Assembly: GCA_015233115.1 (NCBI GenBank)
Contig: JADFYJ010000014.1
Coordinates: 11,028 to 75,027, forward strand
Length of the DNA stretch: 64,000 bases
Reading direction: 5' to 3'
Source of the DNA: Candidatus Omnitrophota bacterium
GTDB lineage: Bacteria; Omnitrophota; Gorgyraeia; Zapsychrales; Zapsychraceae
Below are positions 51,537 to 61,002 of the stretch, piece after piece. The notes under the pieces were generated by a model. It saw only the letters and a program-made list of their open reading frames with translations. It made no database searches and had not been told where the DNA came from. Made by a program: the position numbers and the translations under genes. Every line of letters starts with the position of its first letter. Position 1 is the stretch's first letter.

Positions 51537-52025
51537 ATGAATGAAATGATTTTGATCCAGGTTGGAGTAGCTGATATCAAAGTCAGCAAAGCTCCGGCTA
51601 TGCTGATGACGAACTTAGGCTCATGCATTGCGGTATGTTTATATTATGAGCAAGGGCAGATCGGAGGCATGCTGCATTTGATGATGCCCCGCGCGGACGA
51701 AAAAGCTTTGGAATACCGGGGCTTTAAAAAAGAAAAATATGCGAATACTGGCATCCGTGAATTGGTGTATCAAATCAAACAGCAGTTTAGAGTTGACCAT
51801 TCGATGCTGACCGCCAAAATTTTTGGCGGCGGCCGTATTCTTCAAAATGTTTCCTTGGATATTGGGGCGGATAATGCCAAGGCGGCGCAGGACATTCTCC
51901 GGGAATTAGGAATCCGCATCATAGCATCTAAAGTTGGCGGGACCAAAGGGTATAATATTAGGTTTGATCTGTCGACGGGAAAAGTGCGTTGTCAGATTTT
52001 TGGCGAACAAGAACAGGAGTTTTAA
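51537..52025 (+). CDS. cheD: Chemoreceptor glutamine deamidase CheD
   Basis: LGSCIAV, GGMLHLMMP, KYA, AKIFGGG, IGADN, VGG. Confidence 0.93.
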   Translation: MNEMILIQVGVADIKVSKAPAMLMTNLGSCIAVCLYYEQGQIGGMLHLMMPRADEKALEYRGFKKEKYANTGIRELVYQIKQQFRVDHSMLTAKIFGGGRILQNVSLDIGADNAKAAQDILRELGIRIIASKVGGTKGYNIRFDLSTGKVRCQIFGEQEQEF

Positions 52026-52026
52026 C

Positions 52027-52635
52027 ATGGTTCATTCTAATAAAACCATCAACGCAATACAAATGATTGCTCGTTTAATTATTGATGAAGCATCCCGGGC
52101 TTTCTCAAAAATGATCAGGCAAGGCGTGAGCATTGAAATGCAAAACGCGTATTTTGATGATATTTCCAATGTGACAGCCAAGATTTGCAATGAATACAAT
52201 GAATACAAGGGAAGCGTAGGGGCCATCGTCGATTTGACAGGAGATGTTAAATTAAAATTTTTGTTTATGACGGATTTGAGTACAGCTCAGATTTTAACTG
52301 ACCTGTTACTGCGCCGCCAGACTGGTACAACCAAAGAATATGACATAAATGTTGAGAGTACGGTGCAGGAAATTGGGAATGTTCTTTCCTGTATTGTGGC
52401 GAATATGTTGGTCAATGATTTTCAAATTTCAATGACGCCGAGTGTACCGGTGGTTTTGCGGGATTTTGCCGGGACAATTTTTGCGGAATTTATCAGAGAT
52501 GTCGCTGACGAACGGCAGGAAGCGTTAGTCGTGGAGAGTAGATTTCTTCTTTCCAATCAGAAAATGAAGTGTCACATGTTTATTATGCCGGTTGGTGAAA
52601 GTGAGCAGATACTGCAGTATTTAACTTTTTCTTAA
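52027..52635 (+). CDS. cheC: CheC family phosphatase
   Basis: ASRAFSKM, STVQEIGNVL (ExxN), PSVP; between cheD and cheY. Confidence 0.82.
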   Translation: MVHSNKTINAIQMIARLIIDEASRAFSKMIRQGVSIEMQNAYFDDISNVTAKICNEYNEYKGSVGAIVDLTGDVKLKFLFMTDLSTAQILTDLLLRRQTGTTKEYDINVESTVQEIGNVLSCIVANMLVNDFQISMTPSVPVVLRDFAGTIFAEFIRDVADERQEALVVESRFLLSNQKMKCHMFIMPVGESEQILQYLTFS

Positions 52636-52650
52636 ACGTAAAGGACATTT

Positions 52651-53019
52651 ATGGGTAAAAAAATTATGGTGGTGGATGACGCCGCTGTTATTCGGCTTAT
52701 GTTGAAAGATATTTTGGAATCCCATCAATTTGAAGTGGTAGGAGAATGTAGTAACGGGCAAGATGCCATTGAAAAATTTAAGGCGTTGAAGCCGGATATT
52801 GTTACCATGGATATAATTATGCCGAATATGGACGGCGTTCAGGCGCTTGAGGAAATTTTGAAATTTGATAAGAATGCCAAAGTTATAATGGTCACAGCTC
52901 TTGATCAGCGGGAATTTCTTATGAAAGCTATCCGTTTGGGAGCCGCGGATTTTATTGTTAAGCCATTTGAAGATGCCCGGGTCATCGCGGCGATTCAAAG
53001 AGTTGCGAGACAAATATAA
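52651..53019 (+). CDS. cheY: CheY response regulator
   Basis: IMVVDDA, PDIVTMDIIMPNMDG, FIVKPF; 122 aa. Confidence 0.92.
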   Translation: MGKKIMVVDDAAVIRLMLKDILESHQFEVVGECSNGQDAIEKFKALKPDIVTMDIIMPNMDGVQALEEILKFDKNAKVIMVTALDQREFLMKAIRLGAADFIVKPFEDARVIAAIQRVARQI

Positions 53020-53028
53020 TTTTGAAAA

Positions 53029-53073
53029 GACACAAGTCACATGTCACATGTCACATGTTACAAGTTACCTGTG
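53029..53073 (+). repeat. Heptamer tandem repeat (GTCACAT/GTTACAA)
   Basis: GACACAA GTCACAT GTCACAT GTCACAT GTTACAA GTTACCT; shorter relatives at 47533-47556 and 55156-55176. Confidence 0.7.
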
Positions 53074-53094
53074 ACACAACAAAGGTTACATATT

Positions 53095-54231
53095 TTGCCT
53101 GCCATATTGATCGTTGATGATTCAGAAGTGGAATGCGCCCTTTTAAAAGGGATATTGCATAAATCGTTTTCTGCATACGAAGTGTTAATTGCCCATCATG
53201 GCCGGGAAGGCCTGGAGCTGTTGGCGCAGAGAGACGTTGATATTGTCTTGTCTGATATGATGATGCCGGTTATGAATGGCTGGGAGTTTTGTGAAATTAT
53301 AAAAAAAGATCCCCGAACCAAAGATGTTCCAGTCCTTTTATTTTCTTCTTTAGAGCAGGTCCAGGAAAAAGCCAAAGGTTTTGAAGCGGGCGCGGCCGAT
53401 TATATTGTCAAACCAATCGAATCCGGTGAAGTCATCGCACGCATTAAAGTCCATTTAGGGCTTAAACATTATCAGGATCAATTGAAAGACCTTAACCGAG
53501 AGTTAAAAGAAGCTCAAGACGCTCTGGTGCAAAGTGAAAAAATGTCAGCGGTCGGAACTTTGGCGGCAGGGATTTCTCATGAATTTAATAATGTTTTGGC
53601 GATGATGAAAGGTTATATCCAGTTATCCCAGCAAAAGAATAAACTAGACGACGTGAAACCTGCCCTTGCGGTCATGCTGGACTTGGTCGAACGGGGGCAA
53701 TTTTTAGTAAGATCTATGCTGGATTTTTCCAAAGGCGGGATGTCGGAAAACAAGCAAAAAATAGTTTTAGCACAGATAATCGATAAAGTCAGGGTGCTTA
53801 TGGAACCCATGTTTAAGGCGCAGGGTGTTCAGGTTGAGCTTCAGGGTAAATCCTCGTGTGAGTTGCAAGGTTATCCTAATCAATTGTCTCAAGCGATTAT
53901 TAATTTTGCCAAGAATGGGATTGAAGCCTGTGAAGGCCGTACGGAGAAAAAAATTACCATTGAATTCGGTAAATCTTTGTTCGATAGGGTGGAGTGCGCG
54001 TATATCCGGGTCATTGATACCGGCGCCGGAATCCCTGAATCAATTCGGAAATGTATTTTTGATCCTTTTGTGACCACCAAAGGTGTTATCGCCGGAGGCA
54101 ATCGTTCCACGGCTGGCACGGGGTTGGGTTTAACTGTTTCGTATAATATTATCAAAAAACACCACGGTGAAGTCAAAATCGAAAAGACCGGCTCTGCAGG
54201 AACGACGATGCTAGTTACTATACCTCTATAA
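53095..54231 (+). CDS. Hybrid REC-histidine kinase
   Basis: Receiver ILIVDD..SDMMMP, H-box ISHEFNN, DTGAGI, PFVTTK, GTGLGL; TTG start inferred because 53041-53094 is a translated repeat. Confidence 0.88.
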   Translation: MPAILIVDDSEVECALLKGILHKSFSAYEVLIAHHGREGLELLAQRDVDIVLSDMMMPVMNGWEFCEIIKKDPRTKDVPVLLFSSLEQVQEKAKGFEAGAADYIVKPIESGEVIARIKVHLGLKHYQDQLKDLNRELKEAQDALVQSEKMSAVGTLAAGISHEFNNVLAMMKGYIQLSQQKNKLDDVKPALAVMLDLVERGQFLVRSMLDFSKGGMSENKQKIVLAQIIDKVRVLMEPMFKAQGVQVELQGKSSCELQGYPNQLSQAIINFAKNGIEACEGRTEKKITIEFGKSLFDRVECAYIRVIDTGAGIPESIRKCIFDPFVTTKGVIAGGNRSTAGTGLGLTVSYNIIKKHHGEVKIEKTGSAGTTMLVTIPL

Positions 54232-54321
54232 TTTTCCTTCCCAAATATTCTAAATTATGTTAATGTACAAAATAAGAAAAATGTGAAATAACGGTAGGGC
54301 GGAATCATTACAAAGGCAGAT

Positions 54322-54531
54322 ATGGAAAAGAAAAGATTAAGCGACCTTTTACACGATCTTAGTCAGCCGCTTTGCGCCTCAGTCATCAATCTTAAAGTTT
54401 TAGCTTCCTTTTTGGAAAAAGACAAGTTAGATCTTCCGGAAATAAAAAATATAGTTGCCGACGTAGAACGCGAACAAAATCGCGCTGTCGAGATATTAAA
54501 CACCCTACGGACCACCATTAAGGAGATTTGA
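54322..54531 (+). CDS. Stand-alone HisKA/DHp-like helical hairpin protein
   Basis: LLHDLSQPL H-box-like motif, two predicted helices, no ATPase domain; 69 aa. Confidence 0.6.
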   Translation: MEKKRLSDLLHDLSQPLCASVINLKVLASFLEKDKLDLPEIKNIVADVEREQNRAVEILNTLRTTIKEI

Positions 54532-54533
54532 AT

Positions 54534-55148
54534 ATGGACAATAAATTTTTCGTCATTTATGTCGTGGATGATGATACCGCGATGTTGAAATCACTGGAAC
54601 GGGTGTTTGTGGGGAAAGGATATCGAGTAGAGGTTTTCGTGTCTGCTAAAGATTTTTTGTCTAAAGGAAAATACCATCAGCCTGCCTGCATTTTATTGGA
54701 TCTGCGTATGCCGGAGTTAAGCGGGCTGGAGCTTCAACAGCATCTTTTAACCCGAGGAGTTTTATTGCCGATTATTTTTATTTCCGGCCAGGGCGATGTT
54801 CCCAGCAGTGTGAAAGCCATGAAAGGCGGGGCTATTGATTTTATTGTAAAACCTTTTGACATGGATGAATTATTATCTACCGTTGAGCGGGCGCTGGCGT
54901 TATCAGTGAAAACTCAAAAAGAACAGGCAGAAAAAAATAAACTGCGGGTTTTGTTGGATAAAATGACTCAACGGGAAAAACAAGTTTTTCATCTAGTGGT
55001 TAAAGGGATGCTGAATAAACAAATTGCTGCGGCTTTAGGGATCAGTGAAAAAACTGTCAAAGTACACCGGGGAAGATTTATGGAAAAATTGGATGTTAAT
55101 TCTGTAGCCGAATTAGTAAAACTCGCAGGCAAAGCGGCTAATCTCTAA
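54534..55148 (+). CDS. FixJ/TtrR family response regulator (REC plus LuxR HTH)
   Basis: VVDDD, LLDLRMPELSG, AMKGGAIDF, NKQIA..ISEKTVKVHR. Confidence 0.93.
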   Translation: MDNKFFVIYVVDDDTAMLKSLERVFVGKGYRVEVFVSAKDFLSKGKYHQPACILLDLRMPELSGLELQQHLLTRGVLLPIIFISGQGDVPSSVKAMKGGAIDFIVKPFDMDELLSTVERALALSVKTQKEQAEKNKLRVLLDKMTQREKQVFHLVVKGMLNKQIAAALGISEKTVKVHRGRFMEKLDVNSVAELVKLAGKAANL

Positions 55149-55225
55149 TGTAAAGGTTAGGTCGCAGGTCACAAAGAGTAGCAAAGATTATAAAAAAACA
55201 TGAAATATATCACGATAGGATAAAT

Positions 55226-55798
55226 ATGAAAGCAAGACCTTTAACCACGGGTGAAATGGCGCATTATTGTCATGTGACATACCGGACTGTTTTAAAATGG
55301 ATCGAAGATGGTAAATTGAAAGCTTATCGGACGCCAGGGAAACACAGCCGGGTAGCGGCTGAAGAATTTGTCCGTTTTTTGCGTGATTATCAAATGCCGA
55401 TTCCTGAAGAATTCCGGTCGTTGGCAGAATCAAAAAAAATTTTAGTGGTTGATGATGACAAAAATATGATCAAATCATTACAACGTTTATTGAAAAATGC
55501 CGGATACAATGAAATTGAAGCGGCATTTGATGGTTTTGAAGCTGGTCGGAAATTTTTTGAATTCGAACCGCATTTGGTGCTATTGGATATCCGGATGCCT
55601 GGGATTGATGGTTATCATGTTGTAGAACATATTAAAAAATCGCCACATGGGCATTTGGCCAAGATTATCGCGATTTCTGCGTTTTTTGAAGAAGATAAAA
55701 AAGCCGCGTTGTTCAAACAAGGAGTCAATTTTTGTTTTGACAAACCATTTGATCCCAAGGATCTTGTGGAAAAGGTCAAAAGTCTCCTTGGAGACTAG
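55226..55798 (+). CDS. Excisionase-like HTH plus receiver domain regulator
   Basis: LTTGEMA..TVLKWI..GKLKAYRTPGKHSR, then VVDDD..LLDIRMP. Confidence 0.88.
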   Translation: MKARPLTTGEMAHYCHVTYRTVLKWIEDGKLKAYRTPGKHSRVAAEEFVRFLRDYQMPIPEEFRSLAESKKILVVDDDKNMIKSLQRLLKNAGYNEIEAAFDGFEAGRKFFEFEPHLVLLDIRMPGIDGYHVVEHIKKSPHGHLAKIIAISAFFEEDKKAALFKQGVNFCFDKPFDPKDLVEKVKSLLGD

Positions 55799-55812
55799 GA
55801 GAAAAAGATCTT

Positions 55813-58611
55813 ATGCTTTTTATCATAAGGCGAGGGGTTCGCCGGTACTTTCTAACCTGGTTTTTCATTATGGTTTGGCAAATTTTCTCCGGGGGGGACG
55901 CCCAAGCTGAGACGGCTTCTTCGGCGAGTTGCAGTCGTATCGGAGTTGTTACAGAGCAGGATGCCCTGGATGCCAAACAGCATTGGATTCCTACGGTTGA
56001 TTATTTGAACCAAAATATTAAAGATTATTGTTTTGAATTAAAAATATTTGACCCGCAATATGCTTTAACCGCAGTGAAGGAAAAAGAAGCGGATTTTTTT
56101 GTTATGAGTCCCGTCGTATTTTCCGAGATTGGACATCTTGTTCCCCTTGAAAGTTATTTAACCATGGAACGCACGCAGGGCGGCTTTATATATCCCCTGA
56201 ATGGTGCTGTAGTGTTTACCCGTTCCGATCATCAATATTTAAATTATTTCCGGGATTTGCGTGATAACCGGGCGATTGTACTGAAAACAGAGGGGATGCA
56301 AGGAGAATTAGCTTTTCTGCGTGAACTCACTGATCTGCATATGAATCCTGCTGGGAAATTTAAACAATACACGTCAACGGCCAATTATAAAGAAATATGT
56401 TCTGCTGTCTTGCGGGGTGAATATGATATTGGTGTTTCAGCGACGGGTGATTTGGAGCAGTGTGTCGTAGAGAAATTATTGAAATGGAAGGATGTCAAAG
56501 TTTTGGAGCCGTATCAGGGGTTCCGGATGGGGAACAATTATAATGTACCTTTCCGATATAGCACAAGGTTATATGCGGATTGGGTTTTTGTTTCAGTCGA
56601 GCATCTCCCTTCACTTTTAATCCGCGATACGGTTGGCGCTTTATTGAATGTTCCGGAAAATGCTCCAGCGGCCCTATCAGCCGGTTATGCTGGATGGCTG
56701 CCTGATTTAAGTTATCAAGATGTTCATGATGCGTTGCAGAATTTAAAGCGGGGGCCGCGTAATTGGGTGGATATTCAAAATGCTTTTATGCTGATTTGGA
56801 AGTTTTATAGATGGGGAATTATCAGTGTGTTGTGTTTTTTAATTTTTTTAATCGGGGCGTTATTATATTTGATGGTCAAGAATATTGGCTTATACCGCGT
56901 TAAACAGGACCTGGCGCGAAAGCTAGTTTCACAAAAAAACATTGAGGACGGAGCCCAGGAAACAGAAGCCAAAATCGATGCAATATTAAACGCCATCCCG
57001 TATGCGGTCATTGGTTTTGAAAATGATGTTATTATTTTTGCCAATGGCGCGGTTAAAAAAATGTTTGGCAGGGATCCGGAAAGTTTGATAGGTAAAACAG
57101 CGGAAATATTATATTCAGGGGCGAATTATATCAATGTTTTGGAGGAAATTTATGGAACGTTAAAAAATGAGCAAACGTTATCTAAAGAGCTTAGGGCGAT
57201 CCGTAAAAATGGAGAAAAATTTGATTGTTTAGTCAGTGTGGCTCAGCTGAAAAATGATAAATCACAACACCGGTTCGTGGGAGTTTTCGTGGATGTCACG
57301 GAACGGTACAACCGAGAAGAGTTGTTAAGGAAATTGTCAAAGGCGATCCAACAAAATCCTGCTGGAGTTATTATCGCTTCACCTGCAGGGAGGATTGAAT
57401 ATGTCAATGACCGATTTCTGCAGATTTCCGGTTGGGATCGGAATTCCGTATTGAACGTTAATATTCAGAAATTAATTGTTGATTTATTGATGGATGGGAA
57501 AAGTACAGATTTCTGGAAAATGGTTGTAAATGGCCAGCTCACCCAGAAAGAATTTTTTAGCCGGCGAAAAAATGCTGAACTGTATTGGGGCATGTTTACG
57601 GTTTCTCCATTAAAAGATAATGAGGGAGGGATAACTCATTTTGTTTTCAATTGGGAAGATATTTCAGAACGTAAAAAAACTGAAGAAAAATTTAAGGTGA
57701 GTCAACAAGAATTAGAACGCGCGAATAAAAATTTAGTCGAAAATGAAAAAACTTTAAAAAATATGATTCAGGATTTGGAGGCGACCCATCGGCAATTAAA
57801 GACGATGCAGGCGCAGTTAATCCAAACCGAAAAATTATCATCTATTGGTCAATTGGCGGCTGGCATTGCTCACGAAATTAATAACCCGGTGGCATTTATT
57901 ACCAGCAATATTAATGCGTTGGAACGATATTTGGTTAGTTTTAAAAAAATATTTTATATTTTAAAAGAATTGGAAAATAGCGCGGGTGGAGAAGACAGCA
58001 GAATGGCGCGGGATATTTTCAAAAAATTGGAAAGGGTGACCGAAGAAGAAGATATTAATTTTATTCTTAAGGATATTGACGCAGTGATCGCGGAATCGAA
58101 AGAAGGTTTGGAGCGCATCAAAAATATTGTTCTGGATATGAAGACCTTTTCCCGCCGGGATGATTTGTCCCGGATGCCGGCGGATATCAACCATATTTTG
58201 GACGGAGTGATCAATATTGTTTGGAATGAAATTAAATATAAAGCTAAATTAGTAAAAAATTTTCAGCCTCTGCCTTTAATTAATTGCAATCCCCAGCAGA
58301 TAGGGCAGGTTTTTATGAATCTTTTGATCAACGCCGTTCAAGCCATTGATGAACAAGGACAGATTACGGTTTCGACATACCTAAAAAATAATTTTGCGGT
58401 GGTTGAGATCGCGGATACCGGAAGGGGTATTCCGGCGGATGTGCGGGGTAATATTTTTGAGCCATTTTACACGACAAAAAAAACCGGAGAAAGTACCGGA
58501 TTAGGATTAAGTATCAGTTTGGAAATTATTAACCGGCATCAAGGAAAAATTGATCTGGAAAGTGAGATAGGAAAAGGGACAACTTTTATAGTTCGTTTGC
58601 CGGTTGTGTGA
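55813..58611 (+). CDS. Membrane sensor histidine kinase: periplasmic binding-protein-like domain, TM, two PAS, HisKA, HATPase
   Basis: TtrS-like periplasmic region, PAS/PAC ends (FVDVTER, EDISERK), AHEINNP, DTGRGI, PFYTTK, TGLGL. Confidence 0.88.
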   Translation: MLFIIRRGVRRYFLTWFFIMVWQIFSGGDAQAETASSASCSRIGVVTEQDALDAKQHWIPTVDYLNQNIKDYCFELKIFDPQYALTAVKEKEADFFVMSPVVFSEIGHLVPLESYLTMERTQGGFIYPLNGAVVFTRSDHQYLNYFRDLRDNRAIVLKTEGMQGELAFLRELTDLHMNPAGKFKQYTSTANYKEICSAVLRGEYDIGVSATGDLEQCVVEKLLKWKDVKVLEPYQGFRMGNNYNVPFRYSTRLYADWVFVSVEHLPSLLIRDTVGALLNVPENAPAALSAGYAGWLPDLSYQDVHDALQNLKRGPRNWVDIQNAFMLIWKFYRWGIISVLCFLIFLIGALLYLMVKNIGLYRVKQDLARKLVSQKNIEDGAQETEAKIDAILNAIPYAVIGFENDVIIFANGAVKKMFGRDPESLIGKTAEILYSGANYINVLEEIYGTLKNEQTLSKELRAIRKNGEKFDCLVSVAQLKNDKSQHRFVGVFVDVTERYNREELLRKLSKAIQQNPAGVIIASPAGRIEYVNDRFLQISGWDRNSVLNVNIQKLIVDLLMDGKSTDFWKMVVNGQLTQKEFFSRRKNAELYWGMFTVSPLKDNEGGITHFVFNWEDISERKKTEEKFKVSQQELERANKNLVENEKTLKNMIQDLEATHRQLKTMQAQLIQTEKLSSIGQLAAGIAHEINNPVAFITSNINALERYLVSFKKIFYILKELENSAGGEDSRMARDIFKKLERVTEEEDINFILKDIDAVIAESKEGLERIKNIVLDMKTFSRRDDLSRMPADINHILDGVINIVWNEIKYKAKLVKNFQPLPLINCNPQQIGQVFMNLLINAVQAIDEQGQITVSTYLKNNFAVVEIADTGRGIPADVRGNIFEPFYTTKKTGESTGLGLSISLEIINRHQGKIDLESEIGKGTTFIVRLPVV

Positions 58612-58668
58612 ACCGTTGGACCACCGCGTCGGTGGACCACTGGTCCACCGACGCGGTGGCCCAACGGT
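58612..58668. repeat. Family B palindrome between convergent genes
   Basis: 19-bp perfect arms CCACCGCGTCGGTGGACCA / TGGTCCACCGACGCGGTGG around 1 nt, extended by ACCGTTGG / CCAACGGT. Confidence 0.85.
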
Positions 58669-59712
58669 CTAAAGGCCTTGGATCAGGGCTTTAAATTCAA
58701 GGTTGATACACGAGCGGTTAAGAATGGAAGCTGCTTTTTTCTCAAGCCGTAAAATATCAGCTTCAGCTTGAAGCAGGCTTCCCGTATCGATAATTATTTT
58801 TCGGATAATTTTAAGGTCTTTTTGGTTGACCCGGTTTTTCGCAAAAATGCTTTTGATGGTTTTCCGGTTTTTGCTATCCGCGTTTTGAAAAGCGTAAAAA
58901 ATAAGAATAGTGCGTTTGGATTCCTGCAGGTCCGTTAAGCAAGATTTTCCTGAGTTATTATGGTTTGAAAACATGCCTATGATGTCATCGCGAATTTGAA
59001 ACGCCTGCCCAATAGCGCGTCCGTATTTTTCCAGGACGCTGACTTCTTGAGACGAGGCCCCGGCTAATATCGCCCCTAAACACAGCGGCGCCGCGAATGT
59101 GTACCAGGCGGTTTTGAGATCATAGATTTTATGAATATCTTCCAGAGCAATTTTTTCAAAGGGTTGAGTCGTCAGAAGCAGTTCTTCAAATTGTCCGCAA
59201 CCCGTCAAAGCGGCGATACGTAGCAGATAATGCAGGGCGGTTTCTTTTGATTGAGGATTGGCTTTAATTGAAAAAAATAAATCGAGGGCGATCGAGAAGA
59301 GGACGTCACCGGCAATAATCCCCATGTCTTCACCCGTGAATTTGTTTTTCTGGTTTTTTCCGATCTTTTGGTTGAACAAGACATGCAAGGAAGACTGCCA
59401 CCGCCGTTTGTTTGAGTGGTCAATAATATCGTCGTGGATCAGCATAAAATTGTGGATGAGTTCTAATCCGGCAGCACTGGTATAGATGGATTGGGGTAAA
59501 ATGCCCAGCTGAGGAGTTATTCTTTTGTTGGCATGCGCGGCGTAGCTTAGGATAAAAAGGAGCGGCCGCAAACGTTTGCCTTTTCTTAAAGAATAATCAG
59601 TTATCGTCGAAAAAAGAAAAGGAGAAAAACTTTTAAAAGGATAAGATTTTTGAAAGATCTGCGGCAGTGACGCAATCGTTTTGTCTAATTTAAGTTTTAT
59701 TTGGTTAATCAT
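58669..59712 (-). CDS. Polyprenyl (likely geranylgeranyl) diphosphate synthase
   Basis: GKRLRP, LIHDDIID..RR (FARM), GQ, KT, AFQIRDD (SARM). Confidence 0.92.
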   Translation of the reverse strand: MINQIKLKLDKTIASLPQIFQKSYPFKSFSPFLFSTITDYSLRKGKRLRPLLFILSYAAHANKRITPQLGILPQSIYTSAAGLELIHNFMLIHDDIIDHSNKRRWQSSLHVLFNQKIGKNQKNKFTGEDMGIIAGDVLFSIALDLFFSIKANPQSKETALHYLLRIAALTGCGQFEELLLTTQPFEKIALEDIHKIYDLKTAWYTFAAPLCLGAILAGASSQEVSVLEKYGRAIGQAFQIRDDIIGMFSNHNNSGKSCLTDLQESKRTILIFYAFQNADSKNRKTIKSIFAKNRVNQKDLKIIRKIIIDTGSLLQAEADILRLEKKAASILNRSCINLEFKALIQGL

Positions 59713-59735
59713 AGGGCATATGTTAGCATAAAATT

Positions 59736-60917
59736 ATGAACACCGTAAATGATAAATTCCCTTTCAATGACCCGGTGATAGTTGTTATCATTGGAGGAGG
59801 ATTCGCCGGATTGTCTGTGGTAAAAGGGCTGTGTAAAAAATCAGCAGATTTAAAAATTATCTTGATTGACATTAAATTGACATTTGATTTTCTTCCTGCC
59901 TTGCCTGACGTGGTCAGCCAGAATATTAGTTCTCAATTCCTACAAGCCGATCTTACGGAATTATCGCGGCGATGGAACTTTGAATTTATCTGTGAAGAAG
60001 TAAAAGCTGTTTCTTTGGTTGATAAGTGTGTTTCGATATCAAACCGGACCATCGTTTTTGATTTTTTAGTGGTAGCAAGCGGCAGTCAAACTAATTTTTA
60101 TGGCCATGATAATTTAAAGCAAAATTGTCTGGTTTTTGATACCATTCATGATGCGTTGGTTTTATCGGAAAAATGCGCTGACCCACAATGGAAAAATATT
60201 ATTATTGCCGGAGGCGGATATACTGGAGTCGAACTTTCTTCTCAGGTATGTGCTTTTATCCAGCGGAAGCGTTTGAATAAAAAAGTTTTATTATTGATCC
60301 GTTCGGATAATCCTTTTCAATTTTTAAAACAAAATCAAAATAAATATACATATAATGTTTTATCAAAATCAGGGGTGGATATTCGCTTGAAAACTGAGGT
60401 TAAAAATATCCATGACGGACGCGTTGAATTAAATACCGGTGAAGTGATTGAAAATGCTTTGACAGTATGGACTGCGGGGGTAAAAACGCCTGAATTTATC
60501 TGGAATATGGGCGTGCCCATAACTGAGCAGGGTAGAATTATGGTCAACAAACAGTTATTGTTTGCAGATTATTGTTTCGCGGCAGGAGATTCCTCTGCCT
60601 TTGAACATCAGGGGAATTTCTTGAGAATGGCGGTGCATTTTTCATGTATGGAAGGTCTTTTGATTGCCCAAAATATTCTTCGCATTATAAAAGGGTTACC
60701 TTTGAAGGAATATAAGCCGTTTGATTTAGGATATGTTTTGCCATTGGCTAACTCCCAAGCTTGCGGTATAATCCTTGGTATTTCCGTTTGGGGCAGGATT
60801 CCATTATTTTTACATTATTTTATGTGTATTGTTAAGACGTTAGGTTGGAGAAAAAAATGGGGAATTTTTAAAGAGCTGATAATTCATCTCCGAACATATG
60901 AGAAAACCTTTTCTTGA
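59736..60917 (+). CDS. NDH-2-like FAD/NAD(P)-dependent oxidoreductase
   Basis: IIGGGFAG, LVVASGS, GGGYTGVE, VWTAGV, FAAGD. Confidence 0.85.
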   Translation: MNTVNDKFPFNDPVIVVIIGGGFAGLSVVKGLCKKSADLKIILIDIKLTFDFLPALPDVVSQNISSQFLQADLTELSRRWNFEFICEEVKAVSLVDKCVSISNRTIVFDFLVVASGSQTNFYGHDNLKQNCLVFDTIHDALVLSEKCADPQWKNIIIAGGGYTGVELSSQVCAFIQRKRLNKKVLLLIRSDNPFQFLKQNQNKYTYNVLSKSGVDIRLKTEVKNIHDGRVELNTGEVIENALTVWTAGVKTPEFIWNMGVPITEQGRIMVNKQLLFADYCFAAGDSSAFEHQGNFLRMAVHFSCMEGLLIAQNILRIIKGLPLKEYKPFDLGYVLPLANSQACGIILGISVWGRIPLFLHYFMCIVKTLGWRKKWGIFKELIIHLRTYEKTFS

Positions 60918-61002
60918 TTTTGTAAAAGTCCATTGCGGGACGGTGTTTTGTTTGGCATACTTATAATAGGAAAAAAGAATTAAATCATGTCAGGAGTACA
61001 AA

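Noticed and set aside
55226-55400. Excisionase indicating an integrated element
   Set aside because: The HTH is fused to a receiver domain within a signalling cluster, and no integrase or att sites are seen.
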